A stretch of DNA of 64,000 bases, from NCBI RefSeq assembly GCF_006345805.1, contig NC_043020.1:14322001-14386000 (forward strand). Direction: 5' to 3'. A model generated the notes under the pieces. It was not told the origin of the DNA. It saw only the letters and a list, made by a program, of their open reading frames with translations, and ran no database searches. The translations under genes and the position numbers were made by a program. Positions 1 to 13,375 of this stretch are shown here, one piece after another; the first letter of the stretch is position 1; every line of letters starts with the position of its first letter. Origin of the DNA: Octopus sinensis. Lineage: Eukaryota.

Positions 1-30
1 TCTATATCTATCTCTCTTTCTTTATTCAAC

Positions 31-455
31 CATCTCTGGTTTCAAGCTTTTGTCTTATGAAGAAAGGCTGAAGACGCTCAACATTTATTCTCTAGAAAAA
101 TGACGACACCGTGGTGATCTCATTCTTGCTCACTACATCATAAGCGGAAAGTGTTACCTCTCGAAAGATCTGTTCTTCACTCCTGCTCCAGAACGTCGGC
201 TGCGGGCTCACTCCGAAAGGCTCTATCTGCGACGATTTCATCTCAATTGAAGGAGTGGGGCTTTCTCCATCCGGGTTGCGGATCCGTGGAATAAGCTGCC
301 GGACGCGATAGTGAAGATACCGATGACCGCTCGGTTCAAGGTCTCTCTTGACCAGAAATGGCCTGAACTCTTTGCATGAACACCCTCCCTGTACATAACT
401 CCATGTCCCCCTACATGGCCTTGATTTTTGCTTTTTGAGCCTATTAACTTAACTT
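31..455 (+). mobile_element. CR1-type LINE 3' fragment (family G)
   Basis: Same sequence as 58398-58940; encodes the RT C-terminus ...RLRAHSERLYLRRFHLN...FSIRVADPWNKLP. Confidence 0.85.
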
Positions 456-509
456 AACTGGTGAGCATGCCCAGCATTTTGCCACCATCTCCATCTTGCG
501 GTCTCTCAT

Positions 510-540
<31 letters not shown>

Positions 541-2617
541 CACTTCCCTCAGGTTGGGCAACCATGTATTTTCTTTGTGGTAGCACACCTGTTTCTGTCT
601 TCATTCCTGATCTTTCTCTCTCTCTGGCTGGGTAACCTTGTACTTCCTCTTCAGCAGGCTTCGGCCTGACCGGCTCTTGTGGTACTATCCTACTATCCTA
701 CCCATGCTAGCATGGAACACAGATGTTAAATGATGATGATAATGATGATGATGATGACGCCACCGCCGCCGCCATTGTTAAATGTAATAATAATAATAGA
801 GTGGCCTGCAAGCTTAACCTAAATAGGCAAAATATATGCAAATCTCTCACCATAAATATAGGTATGTTGGTGCAAACAGGAAAAATAGGACTCAAAATAA
901 GAATGTACTCTCTTTACTCTTTTACTCTTTTACTTGTTTCAGTCATTTGACTGCGGCCATGCTGGAGCACCACCTTTAATCGAGCAACTCGACACCGGGA
1001 CTTATTCTTTTGTAAGCCCAGTACTTATTCTATCGGTCTTTTTTGCCGAACCGCTAAGTAACGGGGACATAAACACACCAGCATCGGTTGTCAAGCAATG
1101 CTAGGGGGACAAACACAGACACACAAACACACACACGCATATATATACATATATACGACGGGCTTCTTTCAGTTTCCGTCTACCAAATCCACTCACAAGG
1201 CTTTGGTCGGCCCGAGGCTATAGTAGAAGACACTTGCCCAAGGTGCCACGCAGTGGGAATGAACCCGGAACCATGTGGTTGGTAAACAAGCTACTTATTT
1301 TTATTAATATTTAGCAATGTGTGTGTGTGTGTGTGTGTTTACAGTAAAGGATCAAGTTCTGACTGGTTGTAAATTTAATGACACCACTTCTTTTGTTGCA
1401 TCTGCTTTCATGCTTTGTTCAAATATTTTTTCAGCATTCTTGTTGATTGATTTTCTACCTACATCATTTTGTTGTTGTTGAAGGACTTGGTAACCTGTTT
1501 TTGCCTGATTTTCATGCAAAATTTTCAGTTGGTTGATTCCCTTAAGAAGCCACTGGTCCAGTTGATTCAATATTTATTTGTTTTTACCCTGATGGTCCAG
1601 TTTTGACCAGAAACCAATCTCATTGGTTCAGTCTGGGGTGACATCAGCAACTGGTGTTTGAGATCTTGTATGGTGTTAGTATGCTGTAGTTTGGAGTCAG
1701 GGTTTCAAATTTTTTAGGAAGCCTATTATTCAAACTTGATTTATATCTGTTGTCTTTGGTCATTTTGTGTGAACAAATTGTGTTTTCTCAGTCTATGTAT
1801 GATAGACATATAAGCAATTTATGGTGCATTAATTTTAACGACAAACTCTTATATAGACAGCCCTGTTGAGAACCACTGGTTTCAGTCAAGAACTCAAAAC
1901 TGAAAGATATGTTTAGAATGTTAGTAAGATACTTGGATTCACTGATGCTGAGCAGAAGAATGGAAAGAATATCACAAGGAATGTAGGGCACTGAGATGTG
2001 TAGGGAAAAGAGGACTTGTTCCAAGTGCTTTGAAACAAAAGGACCAGCAATTGAATTTGACTTGTAGAAAGGTTGGATAGAGATAACCATTAACCCATTA
2101 GCATTCAAATTATTCTGTCAAATTTAATGCTTATTTATTCACATTGTTTTGATTAACCCTGCATCATCTTGCAGCTTTGAGATTTTCATGCTGTCATCAT
2201 CATCATCATCATCAGAAGGAAAGGGTCAGTGACGTCAATGGCTGTGGGGCCCTACCGGAAGAGGAAGAATGAGTGAGGATGCGGGCAGAAGTAGGAGTGG
2301 ACGGACATGTGTAGACATGTGAGCTAGAAAGGGAATTAGCATAGGTTCTTGTAATAGGTCAGACAAGTAGGGTGTGTCTCAGATTTAAACCCAGCTGCAC
2401 AGCCGACACTGAGGGGTGGGTGAATCACACTTTCTCCCTCATACTACAGAATGTTAGTATAATACTTGAATTCACCAATGCTGAAAGGAAGAATGGAAAG
2501 AATATCACAAGGAATGTAGGTCACTGTCAATGTGTAGGGAAAAGAGGACTTGTTCCAAGTGCTCCAAAACAAAAGGATCAGCTATTAAGTTTGACTTGTA
2601 GAAAGGATGAATAGAGA

Positions 2618-3060
2618 TAGGTGCAGGAGTGGCTGTGTGGTAAGTAGCTTGCTTACCAACCACATGGTTCCGGGTTCAGTCCCACTGCATGGCACCTTGG
2701 GCAAGTGTCTTCTGCTATAGCCTCGGGCCGACCAAAGCCTTGTGAGTGGATTTGGTAGACGGAAACTGAAAGAAGCCCGTCGTATGTATGTGTGTGTGTG
2801 TGTGGTGTGTGTGTGTGTGTGTGTGTGTGCATGTATGTTTGTGTGTCTGTGTTTGTCCCCCTAGCATTGTTTGACAACTGATGCTGGTGTGTTTATGTCC
2901 CCGTCACCTAGCGGTTCCGTAAAAGAGACTGTTAGAATAAGTACTGGGCTTACAAATAATAAGTCCCGGGGTCGAGTTGCTCGACTAAAGGCGGTGCTCC
3001 AGCATGGCCGCAGTCAACTGACTGAAACAAGCAAAAGAGTAAAAAAAGAGAGAGAGAGAT
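2618..3060 (+). mobile_element. tRNA-headed SINE family A (about 400 bp, internal microsatellite), representative copy. Others: 906-1297(-), 6907-7331(-), 32757-33170(+), 33935-34440(+), 37885-38150(-), 38700-39145(-), 40480-40870(+), 41850-42630(+), 45561-46212(+), 50232-50482(+), 55985-56337(-), 56572-57013(-), 57355-57783(-), 61056-61460(-)
   Basis: A-box-like TGGCTGTGTGG and B-box-like GGTTCAGTCCC; CORE-like ACCTTGGGCAAGTG; internal (TA)n/(TG)n; more than 15 copies in both orientations. Confidence 0.9.
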
Positions 3061-4399
3061 AGCCATTAACCCTTTAGCATTCAGATTATTCTGTCAAATT
3101 TATGCCTATTTATTCACATTGTTTTGAATTAATCATGCTTCAGCTTTGAGATTTTCATGATGTTATCACCATCATCATCATCATCATCATCATTTAATGT
3201 CCACTTTCCATGCTAGCATAGGTTTGGCAGTTTGTCTGAAACTGGTAAGCTGGAGAGCTGCACCAGGTTCCAGCCTAATTTGGCATTGTTTCTACAGCTG
3301 GATGGCCTAACTAACACCAACCGCTCCAAGAGTGTAATGGGTGAGTTTTACATGCCACCAGCACAGGTTCCATTTACATGACACTGGCAATGGCCATGAC
3401 TACAGTTTCACTTGGCTTGACGAGCCTTCTTAAACACAACATACCACTTGTCATCACCTTTGTGAAACCCAACATTTTAAGATCATGCCTCACCACCTCA
3501 TCTTTCACCTCCATGAAGCCCAACATTCAAAAGTGTGAACACTTATATTTAGGACATTGTAGGGTAGGTGTGAGAGGTTGCATCTGGCTGGTTTGAACAT
3601 AAAACAAGTAGAATATTTAGGGCAGATATGGTTGGTTTGAATGCTAAGGGGTTAAGGATATGAAAGGCACATGGCTCAGTGGTTAGAGCTTCGAGCTTAC
3701 GATCGTGAGGTTGTGAGCTCAAATCCCGGACCAGGCTGCGTGTTGTGTTCTTGAGCAAGATACTTTATTTCACGTTGCTCCAGTTCACTCAGCTGTAGAA
3801 AAGAGTTGCGACGTCACTGGTGCCAAGCTGCATCGGCCCCTTTGCCTTTCCCTTGGATAACACTATGGTGTGGAGAGGGGAGGTCGGTATACATGGGCAA
3901 CTGCTGGTCTTGCATAAACAACCTTGCCTGGACTTGTGCCTGGGAGGGTAACTTTCTAGGTGCAATCCCATGGTCAGTGTCGTGATCGAAGAGGGTTTCA
4001 GAAGGATATGAAAGCAAGAAATCAAGTGAACCCATTAAAGATGATGAAAATATCAGGTGTAGTAGTTGATAGAATGGTTAAGGGTTTAATCAGTCAGGTA
4101 GTGCAAGGAAGTTGTATCTCCCTCTGGCTAGCTTAACATCATCACCTGGTAGAATAGCAAAGAGGTATGTTTAGAAAGAAGTCACTACAGAGGCATTAGA
4201 CTAATGGACCAAGTCATGAAAGTGTCATAGAAAGTTAGAAGCATCCAAGAACAGAACTAGCTGAGATAAGATGCAGCATGTGTGAAGATTAAGTACCACT
4301 GATGTTCTCTCTTTTTAGTGTGACAACTACTGAAGTTCTTAGCCAAGAGAAAACCATTATATCTCAGTTACAGGCTACAGTAGTTTAGCAACATCTGCA

Positions 4400-4590
4400 G
4401 GATGAGCAATGGAAGACTACCACACCAACTTTTTTTGGTGGCAGTGACCGATGGAAATTAAAGAAGACCTGAAGTCGCAGCACCTTGACCTCAAGCATGC
4501 TGAGGCTGGCGTCATGGATTGGAAAGCATGGAATAACATCATTACCACAGCCCGTCATCCAGCGGCACCTACAGCAGCATATTGGTTGAG
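4400..4590 (+). mobile_element. Decayed RTE-type LINE C-terminal remnant
   Basis: Hand translation EIKEDLKSQHLDLKHAEAGVMDWKAWNNII resembles the RTE terminal ...DL...L...A.DR..W motif. Confidence 0.5.
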
Positions 4591-5426
4591 AGGACAATCT
4601 TCCCCTCCAGTTACCATCTAGGGAGTTTACTTACTTACTTACTAATCTCTGTAGTCCATTAGTCAATAAGAAAACTGGGTATAGATGAATGATTTCTAAG
4701 AACCTTGCAAGTCATTATAAAGTGATGTTGCCAACAAAGTGAAAGTTTAGCTATGATAAATTTAACAGGTACATGTCTGCTAGAGCTCAGCTAATTAGTA
4801 CACACCCTTCTCCTGTTTAGTCTAATTCTCCAGTCCATAACAAAGAATTTCAAGTAATTACGCCGTGTAATTACCTGTAGTTCTCAGGTACATTCAGCAT
4901 GACACAGAATGTGACTAGGCTAGCCCTTTGGTATACAGGTACTCTTCATTTTTGCCAGCTGAGTGGACTGGAGCAATATAAAATAAAATGTTTTGCTCAA
5001 GAACACAGCATGCCACCAGGAATTGAACTCACAACTATACAATTGTGAGTTGAAGACCCTAACCACTAAACTACACTTAGTGGTTAGGGTCAGTTGTTAG
5101 GTTTGCTTTCCATAAGATGGGGAGGTCATTGTATAGTTTAAAGTACTACCTCACATCTGAAGCTATTTTGTATCTGTACAAATCTGCAATTTTTATTTGT
5201 ATGGAATACTGTTGTCCATCCAATCGTGGCCGTTTGCCAGCCTTGTCTGGCACATAAAAAGCACCCACTACACTCATGGAGTGGTTGGCGTTAGGAAGGG
5301 CATCCAGCCGTAGAAACATTGCCAGATCAGACTGGGCCTGGTGCAGCCTTCTGGCTTCCCAGACCCCAGTCGAACCGTCCAACCCATGCCAGCATGGAAA
5401 GCGAACGCTAAATGATGATGATGATG

Positions 5427-5900
5427 ATATTTGGGCAAGTGCACCATCTTGTTACTTGGACCTTCTTGACCGAGTTCAGAAACGAGTCTTTAATTTGATT
5501 GGTCTCTCTCTTCAACTCTTTCAACCCTTGTCACATCAATAAGATGTCACCAGTCTTAGTCTTATCTGTCGTTGTTATCCTAGGAAGTGCTCTGATGAAC
5601 TTCCTCTCTTAGTTCCCGAACACTTTGTGCCGTCTCACCTGACTCGAAACTCACAGCAACTTCATCCAAGTGCTATTGTGCTTCCATGAATAAGAAAGTC
5701 TTTCTACAGTCATAGCTTATTTCCTCGAACTGCCAGACTTTGGAACTCTCTTCTATCTCATTGTTTTCCCTCTTCTTATGACCTGAACTCTTCCCAGTCT
5801 AAAGTTAATTCATTACTTTTGTCTTAATTTCTCTTTCATCATAGTCCCATGCACTAAGTGGCTGTTTACCTTGTTTGGGACTTGATATGAATAAATAAAA
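5427..5900 (+). mobile_element. Decayed CR1-clade LINE 3' end (third family)
   Basis: IWASAPSCYLDLLDRVQKRVFNLIG...FPRTARLWNSL across stops and frameshifts; ends in an A-rich tail. Confidence 0.7.
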
Positions 5901-5971
5901 AAAATTGTATTTATATAACAACCAACTATTTCTATTGCTTTTGTTAATATTATTTTTCTTTTATTTAACAG

Positions 5972-6071
5972 AATGACATTATTAAGCTGAGTGAGAAATA
6001 TGTCCGTGCATTAGCTCAGGAGAGTAATGGAGTTGTTGATGGTCCTTATGCTGGTAGATTTACTGCTTATG
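5972..6071 (+). CDS. MGAT5: MGAT5/GnT-V visible coding exon 1 (NDIIKLSEKYVRALAQESNGVVDGPYAGRFTAY)
   Basis: Hand translation matches vertebrate GnT-V stem ...LSKRYIKALAEENRNVVDGPYAGVMTAYD; ttaacAG acceptor, GTAAGA donor, ends phase 1. No start codon, so upstream exon(s) lie outside the window or were not recognised. Confidence 0.95.
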
Positions 6072-9000
6072 GTAAGATATTTTTGCAGCCTCCTTGACAT
6101 TTTTGGTTCTTGTTGCAGTAATTCAGTTGGATTCATATAAGACATCCTATTTATTTCCAAGAAAACTTAGACACTATATTTGCAGCAGTTAGAATACGGT
6201 TACTGTTTTGACCAGGTGGACGATGCTAATGGAATCAATCTTTGATGAAAGACATTTTAACTGTGATTGTACCATCTCCCTTTTTCCCCCCAGATGTACT
6301 GAGTTTACATTATTGAATGAATCTTTTCCTATTTTTAAGACAATAGAGTTGACATGAGAGAATGAAGGAGACTTGGCTGCTATTTCTAGAAGATTGGGTG
6401 ACCTCAGAGAGGCTTCTTTTAGTGTGAGAAACCTTTTCTCATTGGAAAACCATTTTATTTAACCCAGATGTTGCTAACATCTTGTATTTTCAGCACAGTA
6501 CTTCATGTATTTGTATTCCTAAAATAAATAGAGCACGTTAACACCAACATCAAAATAAAAATCAATGAAAATTGTAGTTAAGATACCCGTGCCGGTGACA
6601 CGCAAAAAGCACCGTCCGAACGTGGCAGATGCCAGCGCTGCCTGACTGGCATCCGTGTCGGTGACACATAAAAGCACCAACCGATTGTGGCCGTTTGCCA
6701 GCCTCCTCTGGCCCCTGTGCTGGTGGCACGTAAAAAGCGCCCACTACACTCACAGAGTGGTTGGCGTTAGGAAGGGCATCCAGCTGTAGAAACACTGCCC
6801 CAGATCAGACTGGAGCCTGGTGCAGCCTCCTGGCTTCCCAGACCCCAGTCAAACCGTCCGACCCAGGCTAGCATGGAAAACGGACGTTAAACAATGATGA
6901 TGATATATACTCTTTACTCTTTTACTTGTTTCAGTCATTTGACTGCGGCCATGCTGGAGCACCGCCTTTAGTCGAGCAAATCGACCCCGGGACTTATTCT
7001 TTGTAAGCCCAGTACTTATTCTATCAGTCTCTTTTGCCGAACCGCTAAGTGACGGGGACGTAAACACACCAGCATTGGTTGTCAAGCAATGCTAGGGGGA
7101 CAAACACAGACACACAAGCACCCACACACATACATATATATATATATATATACACACATATATACGACAGGCTTCTTTCAGTTTCCGTCTACCAAATCCA
7201 CTCACAAGGCATTGGTCGGCCCGGGGCTATAGCAGAAGACACTTGCCCAAGATGCCACGCAGTGGGACTGAACCTGGAACCATATGGTTGGTTAGCAAGC
7301 TACTTACCACACAGCCACTCCTGCGCCTATATGTAGGGATAAAATATATATTTCTGTTATTGAAATTGGTGCAAATAAGTTTTGGATATTCAATATAAAT
7401 CTCTGGGATCGAGATTTCAGTAATCTAACCCCAAAAAAAAATTTATATGGTGAGGAAAATTAATTCCTCAAAGAAATTTTAACAGGTAACATTTAAAGGG
7501 CCAAAATAATGCAACTAGTACCCTAAAAGGTCTCATTGCAGCCTTAAGGCTGCGGATTCCTCACCATTTGTCACAGAGACATGCACCAAAGTTTAGTTCC
7601 TCTCTAGTTCTTACCCTTTTGTTACCATATTTCTTTCCAAAAAAACTGTCTTTGCCTCAATTAATTTTGAAAACATTAAAGGATTTAGTAAAATAACTTT
7701 GCCAATTATTAAGTTGGTCTTTGGAACATAAATTTACATGAAATCAAATATGAAAGGTTTTAGATCACTTTATAACAAGAAATTTGTTTCAAAACCAGGG
7801 GTGGTTTCAAGCAGGTTGGTATCAAAAAGCAGCTTTGATCCATGATGTCAGTTGCTCCTGGTACTATTTCTGTTATCCAAACCAGCAATGGAGGAAGAAG
7901 ACTTTGATATCACTACCTTTCTATACTCTATGTTTGTGTGTGTGTGTGGTGGTGGTGGTGGTGGTGGTGGTGGTGGGGTGTTATATATATATCATTTATA
8001 TAGGGTGGCGAGCTGGCAGAATCGTTAGCACGTCGGGCGAAATGCTTAGCGATATTTCGGTTGCCGTTACGTTCTAAGTTCAAATTCCGCCGAGATCAAC
8101 TTTGCCTTTCATCCTTTCGGAGTCGATAAATTAAGTACCAGTTATGCACTGGGGTCAATGTAACCGACTTAATCCGTTTGTCCCCTCTGTGTTTAGCCCC
8201 CTGTGGGCAATAAAGAAATATATATATCACTTTGTCAGAAAAAAAAAGGGGTTGTGGATGCTGCTCATGACCCTTTTTTTTCTAGTTTCTAAGACCAGCA
8301 TGTGGGGAAAAGGAAGTTTTCCTAAGAATGGATGCCTAGCCTGCACACTGGCACCATACTGGGTGTAGTTACAGACATTCAAGGGACCAGGTGTTAGTAT
8401 TAACCCAAGTCATGAATGAAGACCACTACTCAAGAATGGGAAAGATGAACTTCCACACACTTCCCTTCCATTATATTTCACTCAAAAGATTTAGGTCTAC
8501 TTGAAGCTATTGTAGAAGACTCTTGCCCAAGAGGCTTCACATTGGAATTGAACCCTAAAGCATGTGGTAGACCTCTTAATTACATAGTTATAATCTTGCT
8601 CAGATTTGTGTCATAAATGGTAAACCTACCCTCACAAAATCGCAAGAGTTGCAAACTTTTTTCCATTCCATGCACTATGGCACAATATTTCCTGATAGCA
8701 TTTAGAATTTTCTGCTGTGGCTAAAATTAATATCCTAGACTAAAATATTTCAATCATTTAACGTAGATAGTATGGATTATATTAGTCCTTCTTCCTTCTG
8801 GTGATTTGTTAATTCCAGTTGTGCAGGCATCTGCTTTATTGCAGTTTTATTATTCACCAAATATACCAAGTATCAACACATCTACTGAGAATATAGTGAC
8901 ATATCCAGTTCCAGAAATATTATATTAAAAAAAATCTTTATCTCTGTTTCTTTCCTTTCAGCTGTATTCACCCCACTTAACCCTACATATATTTAACATA

Positions 9001-10071
9001 GTCTTACATATATTTAACATAGTCATCTTCACCACTCCTTGTATCAAAATTAATTCTTACTCTCCTGGGAACAATTAACTAAAAGTGAACAGCAAAGAAG
9101 TTACTGCATTTGACCTGTATTTCGCACATTGATAACATGAACATTGCTAGCTCTGTCTAAAACAGCTGGTAATATATCATTCATTTTATTATTGTTAGTT
9201 GAGATTTTTGTTACCTGTAGGTTCATCCTTACATCAAACAATCCATTTCTTCCCAGTTATTTTTTCTAGTTTCTAAGACCAGCATGTGGGGAAAAGGAAG
9301 TTTTCCTAAGAATGGATGCCTAGCCTGCATATTGGCACCATACTGGTGTGTGGTGGGGTTATATATATCACTTTGTCAGAAAATAAAAGGGGTTGCGGAT
9401 GCTGCTCATGACATTTTTTTTCTAGTTTCTAAGACTAGCAGTATCGCCCGGCATTGCTCGGGTTTGTTTCGACCCTTTAGAATTGGAATTTTTGTAAAGT
9501 AAAAATTTTGCATCATGTAGCTTGTTATTCTCTTTAAGTGAACATTTTTCTGGTTGAAATACACCGAAAAATGGCGACACAACAGTAAAAAAATTGTAAA
9601 AAAATAGGGATTTTCATAGAAAAAAGCACCTTTTTAATGTAAGTAATTTTTGGTGTTAACATAGTCCAATTTGAATTTTTTCTTCTACAGAAGGAAGAGC
9701 AAGCCTTCTTCTATCATACTCTCAATTTTGGTGAACTTGCGCTGCAGGGTCTCGGAGGAGATAGTGTTAGTTGAAGGCTACCAAACCTGCCACACACAGA
9801 CAACTTCAGCTTTATATATAGAGTTGAATTATAGTGCACAATATATCTTGAGCCTAGAGGTCACTGCATCTTGTCTGTGATGCTGTTTTCCAAAATAGAT
9901 TAACTCTGGCTATAATTGGGTAGAGTATTGGCTAAAAGCACAGCACAACATCAATGAACGGCTTTGAATCTATAGCTTATAAATCTATCAGCTCTACTCA
10001 CATCGCTGTATATTTTATCCTCACTTTTTCTCTCTCAGATATATTTTTCTCTCTCTGTGTTTTGCTGTTAG

Positions 10072-10230
10072 ATCTGAAGAAAACAATTGCTGTACTGCTG
10101 GAAAACATGCTGAATCGCCTTGATAAAATGGAAACTTTACTTAACTACCTCATGCCAAACCAGTCCCTTGCCTACAGAAACAACTTATCATTTAATCTCA
10201 TATCCCAGAATTCCTATTTGAATGCTAAAG
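10072..10230 (+). CDS. MGAT5: MGAT5 exon 2 (DLKKTIAVLLENMLNRLDKMETLL...NAK)
   Basis: Matches DLKKTLAVLLDNILQRIGKLE; AG/GT boundaries; phase 1-1; 159 nt. Confidence 0.93.
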
Positions 10231-10710
10231 GTAGGTCGATCAGTGCATCATTTACCTCAGTTCTAATTCTATCCTTCTTTTGTTTTTCCTTTCACATATA
10301 ACAATATTATGATGATACTCATGATGATGATGATGATGATAATTATATAAATTAATAATCTTATATAGACTAATAGCTGTATTGAGTGAATTGATGTCTA
10401 GTATAAACTAATCCTTTATGCAAATTAATAATTATATTGCGTCAATGACTTATGAGTAATTAATTTTTAGTCTCATCTTTTTACATTGTGAGTTCAAACC
10501 ATGCTAGAATTGACTTTGTTCTTCATCGTTTGTGGGTCAATAAAATAACTACACGTCAATCAAATACTATGGTTGATATAGTCCACCGTTCTCCCCACAA
10601 CAGAATTATGGTTTTGTGCCTATATCAGAAGTCTTTAATTACTTGTAAGCTAAGTAAATTGACAATTATTTCAAGAGAATGTAAAATCAGAAGTTGTACA
10701 TTATGTTTAA

Positions 10711-11146
10711 CCCTTTAGTGTTCAGATTACTCTGTTAAATGTAATGCTTTTTTATTGAAATTGTTTTGAATTAATCATGCATTACCTTATAGCTTTGAGG
10801 TTTCAATGATGTGATTGTTTATTTTTAGAATGTCACTGTAGGTTAGGTGTGAGAGGCTAGATATGGCCAGTTTGAATATAAAATATGTAGAATATATTGG
10901 GCCGGATTTGGCCAGTTTAACCCTTTAGTGTTCGCATTATTCTACCAAAATTAAGGTTTTTTCATCCATATTGCCTTGAACTAATCAGGCATTATCTTGT
11001 AGCAATGAGATTTTGATGAGGTAGCTGTTAATTTTTTAAATGATATTGTAGGGTTAGTGTGAGAGACCAGATCTGGCCATTTTGAACATAAAACAGGGAG
11101 AATACTTATGGTCGGTTTAAATGCTAAAGGGTTAAACACTAAAGGG
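10711..11146. mobile_element. TTAA-flanked piggyBac-type MITE with a related MITE (10921-11131) nested in it. Family copies also near 2092, 3067-3655, 18186-18395, 20594-20800, 46350-46520
   Basis: CCCTTTAG...CTAAAGGG termini; TTAA on both sides of the inner and of the outer element. Confidence 0.85.
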
Positions 11147-11282
11147 TTAAGTTGATGTAACGAAGGGCCAAGATACATTGGCATAATGTTCTTCAGATGT
11201 CTAAAATAGTGTGGAGAGGAAAGGCAAAATGGTCATTGATGTCCATGTCCTCTGCAGGAACTCTTAATGATTGCAATGCTGA

Positions 11283-12140
11283 ATCATCATCATCGTTTAA
11301 TGTCCAGTCTCCATACTGGCATGGGTTACATGATTTGACATGGCGCTGGCTAACAGAGAGCTGTCCAGACTCCAACTGTCTGTTGTGGCATGGTTTCTAT
11401 GGCTGGATACCTTCTTAACACCAACCACTTAACAGGGTGTGCAGGGTGCTTTTTGTACATCACTGTCATGAGTACATTTACACAGCATCAGCACAGGTGT
11501 GTTAACGCAGCACCGGCACAGGTGCTTTTTAAGTGACTCCAGCACCTGAAAGGACAAGCCTGTATGTGTGAAAGACAGCGATTTTACTTAGCTTGATGTG
11601 TCTTTCTCAAGTACAGCAAATTACCACATCTCCCGGTCTCTTGCCATTTCCTCAGTGAGGCCCAGTGTCCAAAGATCCTGTCTCACCATTTTGTCCCATG
11701 TATTCCGGGTCCACCCCTTACACAGGTACCCTCTACAATTAGAGCTTAGCACTTCTTTATGCACCTATTTCTTTACTACCCACAAGGGGCTAAACATAGA
11801 GTGGACAAACAAGGACAGACAAAGGGATTAAGTCGATTACATCGACCCCCAATGCGTAACTGGTACCTAATTTATCGACCCCGAAAAGGATGAAAGGCAA
11901 AGTCGACCTCGGCGGAATTTGAACTCACAACGTAATGGCAGACGAAATACCGCTAGGCATTTTGCCCGGCATGCTAACGTTTCTGCCGGCTCGCCGCCTT
12001 ATGCACTTCTTTATGCACCTGTCCTCACCCATACGCATCACATGACCAAACCAGCACACCCATCTCTCTTGCACAAAACATCTGATGCCACTTACACCTA
12101 GTTTTCCTCTCAGATCATTTACACTGTTGTGCATGCACAC
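11283..12140 (-). mobile_element. RTE-clade LINE 3' end interrupted by a family C SINE
   Basis: QERWVCWFGHVMRMGEDRCIKKC continues past the SINE as ...TWDKMVRQDLWTLGLTEEMARDREMW; (ATC)n tail at 11283. Confidence 0.85.
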
Positions 12141-12488
12141 TGACATGTGAGATGAATATGAATTAGATTTGAAAGTGGTGAGCTGGCATGGTCGTTAGCA
12201 CACTGAGCATGATGCTAAGTAGCATTTCATCTGTCCTTATGTTCTGAGTTCAAATTCCACCAAGGTCAACTTTGCCTTTCATCCTTTCAGGGTCAATAAA
12301 ATAAGTACCAGTTGATATAATTGACTTACTTCCTCCCCTGAAAACTGTTGGCATTGTGCCAAAATTTGAAAGCAATATGTATTAGATTTGGTTTGGTAGA
12401 AATTCATGACTCAAAGAGACACACGTAAAATAACAGCTAACTAGAATTCGTTCCTACAGAAATATTCAAATTTTAAATTTATTTCCAG

Positions 12489-12571
12489 ATATTCTTGCAG
12501 GAAAAGTTGAAAGCTGTACTTTGTCGCCAAGTGATAAAATTTCCCATCCATTTTGCACTGGAAAACTTGAG
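12489..12571 (+). CDS. MGAT5: MGAT5 exon 3 (DILAGKVESCTLSPSDKISHPFCTGKLE)
   Basis: Matches DIINGAQEKCVLPPMDGYPHCEGKIK; ttccAG / GTAAAT; phase 1-0. Confidence 0.9.
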
Positions 12572-12691
12572 GTAAATTGTCAACCATTCTTACCTGTACA
12601 CACTTCATCATTATCTGGATAGAACTGTTTTATAGAACAGCTTCCTCAAATATTCTTTTCATTTCCATGGTCTGAGATGTGAGGTATTTAA

Positions 12692-13375
12692 ATAATAATA
12701 ATAATAATAATAATAATAATTGTGTACAGTGCTCAGGTGCACTACAACTCATCTAAAGTGTATATATAATCAGGTGTAGTTTCGGCGGATTTCGGAAAGC
12801 ATGAGGGCCTTAAAGGATGCAGTGTCATGGCAGTCAACAACTGACGCAGGCAGTTCATTCCATGCTTCAGCAACTCTGAGCGTGAAAAAATGTTTCCGTA
12901 ATATAACTTCACATGTAAATTCTGAACAAGTACTATATATATATATATATGTATACACACACATACACAATCATATATAATAATAATGAAATTATCGTAT
13001 ACAGTGCTCAGGTGCACCACAACTTGTCAAAAGTGCATATAAAGCATATGCAGTAATGTACAAATGTCTGGAAAGCGAACAATGTATGAGTCAGATACAT
13101 GCTTCCGTGTGTGTATGGAGGGGAGAAAATCAGGTGTAGTGTTGACGAATCTCAGAAAGCATGGAAGTTTTGAAGGATGCAGTGCTCTGACAACTAACAA
13201 CTGATGCCAGCAGTTTGTTCCAAGCTTCAGCAACTCTTAGCGTGAAAAAATGTTTCTGAAAGTCATGGGAGCTGTGCTGTTTTCTGACTTTGTAAACATG
13301 TTCACGGGTGTTAGACGGGTGGAGTTTGAAAAAATGCTCAGAGTTATTGTTTGTAAGATGGTTAATAATTGTATG
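12692..13375 (-). mobile_element. Two tandem CR1 family F 3' fragments (about 12692-12900 with deletions, and 12978-13375)
   Basis: ORF-track peptides ...KHFFTLRVAEAWN(E/K)L...; each has its own (AAT)n tail. Confidence 0.85.

Noticed and set aside
1088-1285. Recurrent small ORFs MSSNARGTNTDTQ...DGLLSVSVYQIHSQG...
   Set aside because: Antisense translation of SINE family A; the recurrence reflects repeat copy number, not a peptide family.
1352-1570. 72-aa minus-strand ORF MNQLDQWLLKGINQLK...
   Set aside because: TTG start directly after a stop, no recognisable motif and no convincing splice sites; possibly a decayed TE piece but unsupported.
1-5971. Search for the MGAT5 start/transmembrane exon
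   Set aside because: No hydrophobic signal-anchor ORF with a suitable phase-0 donor was found by eye; it probably lies upstream of the window.
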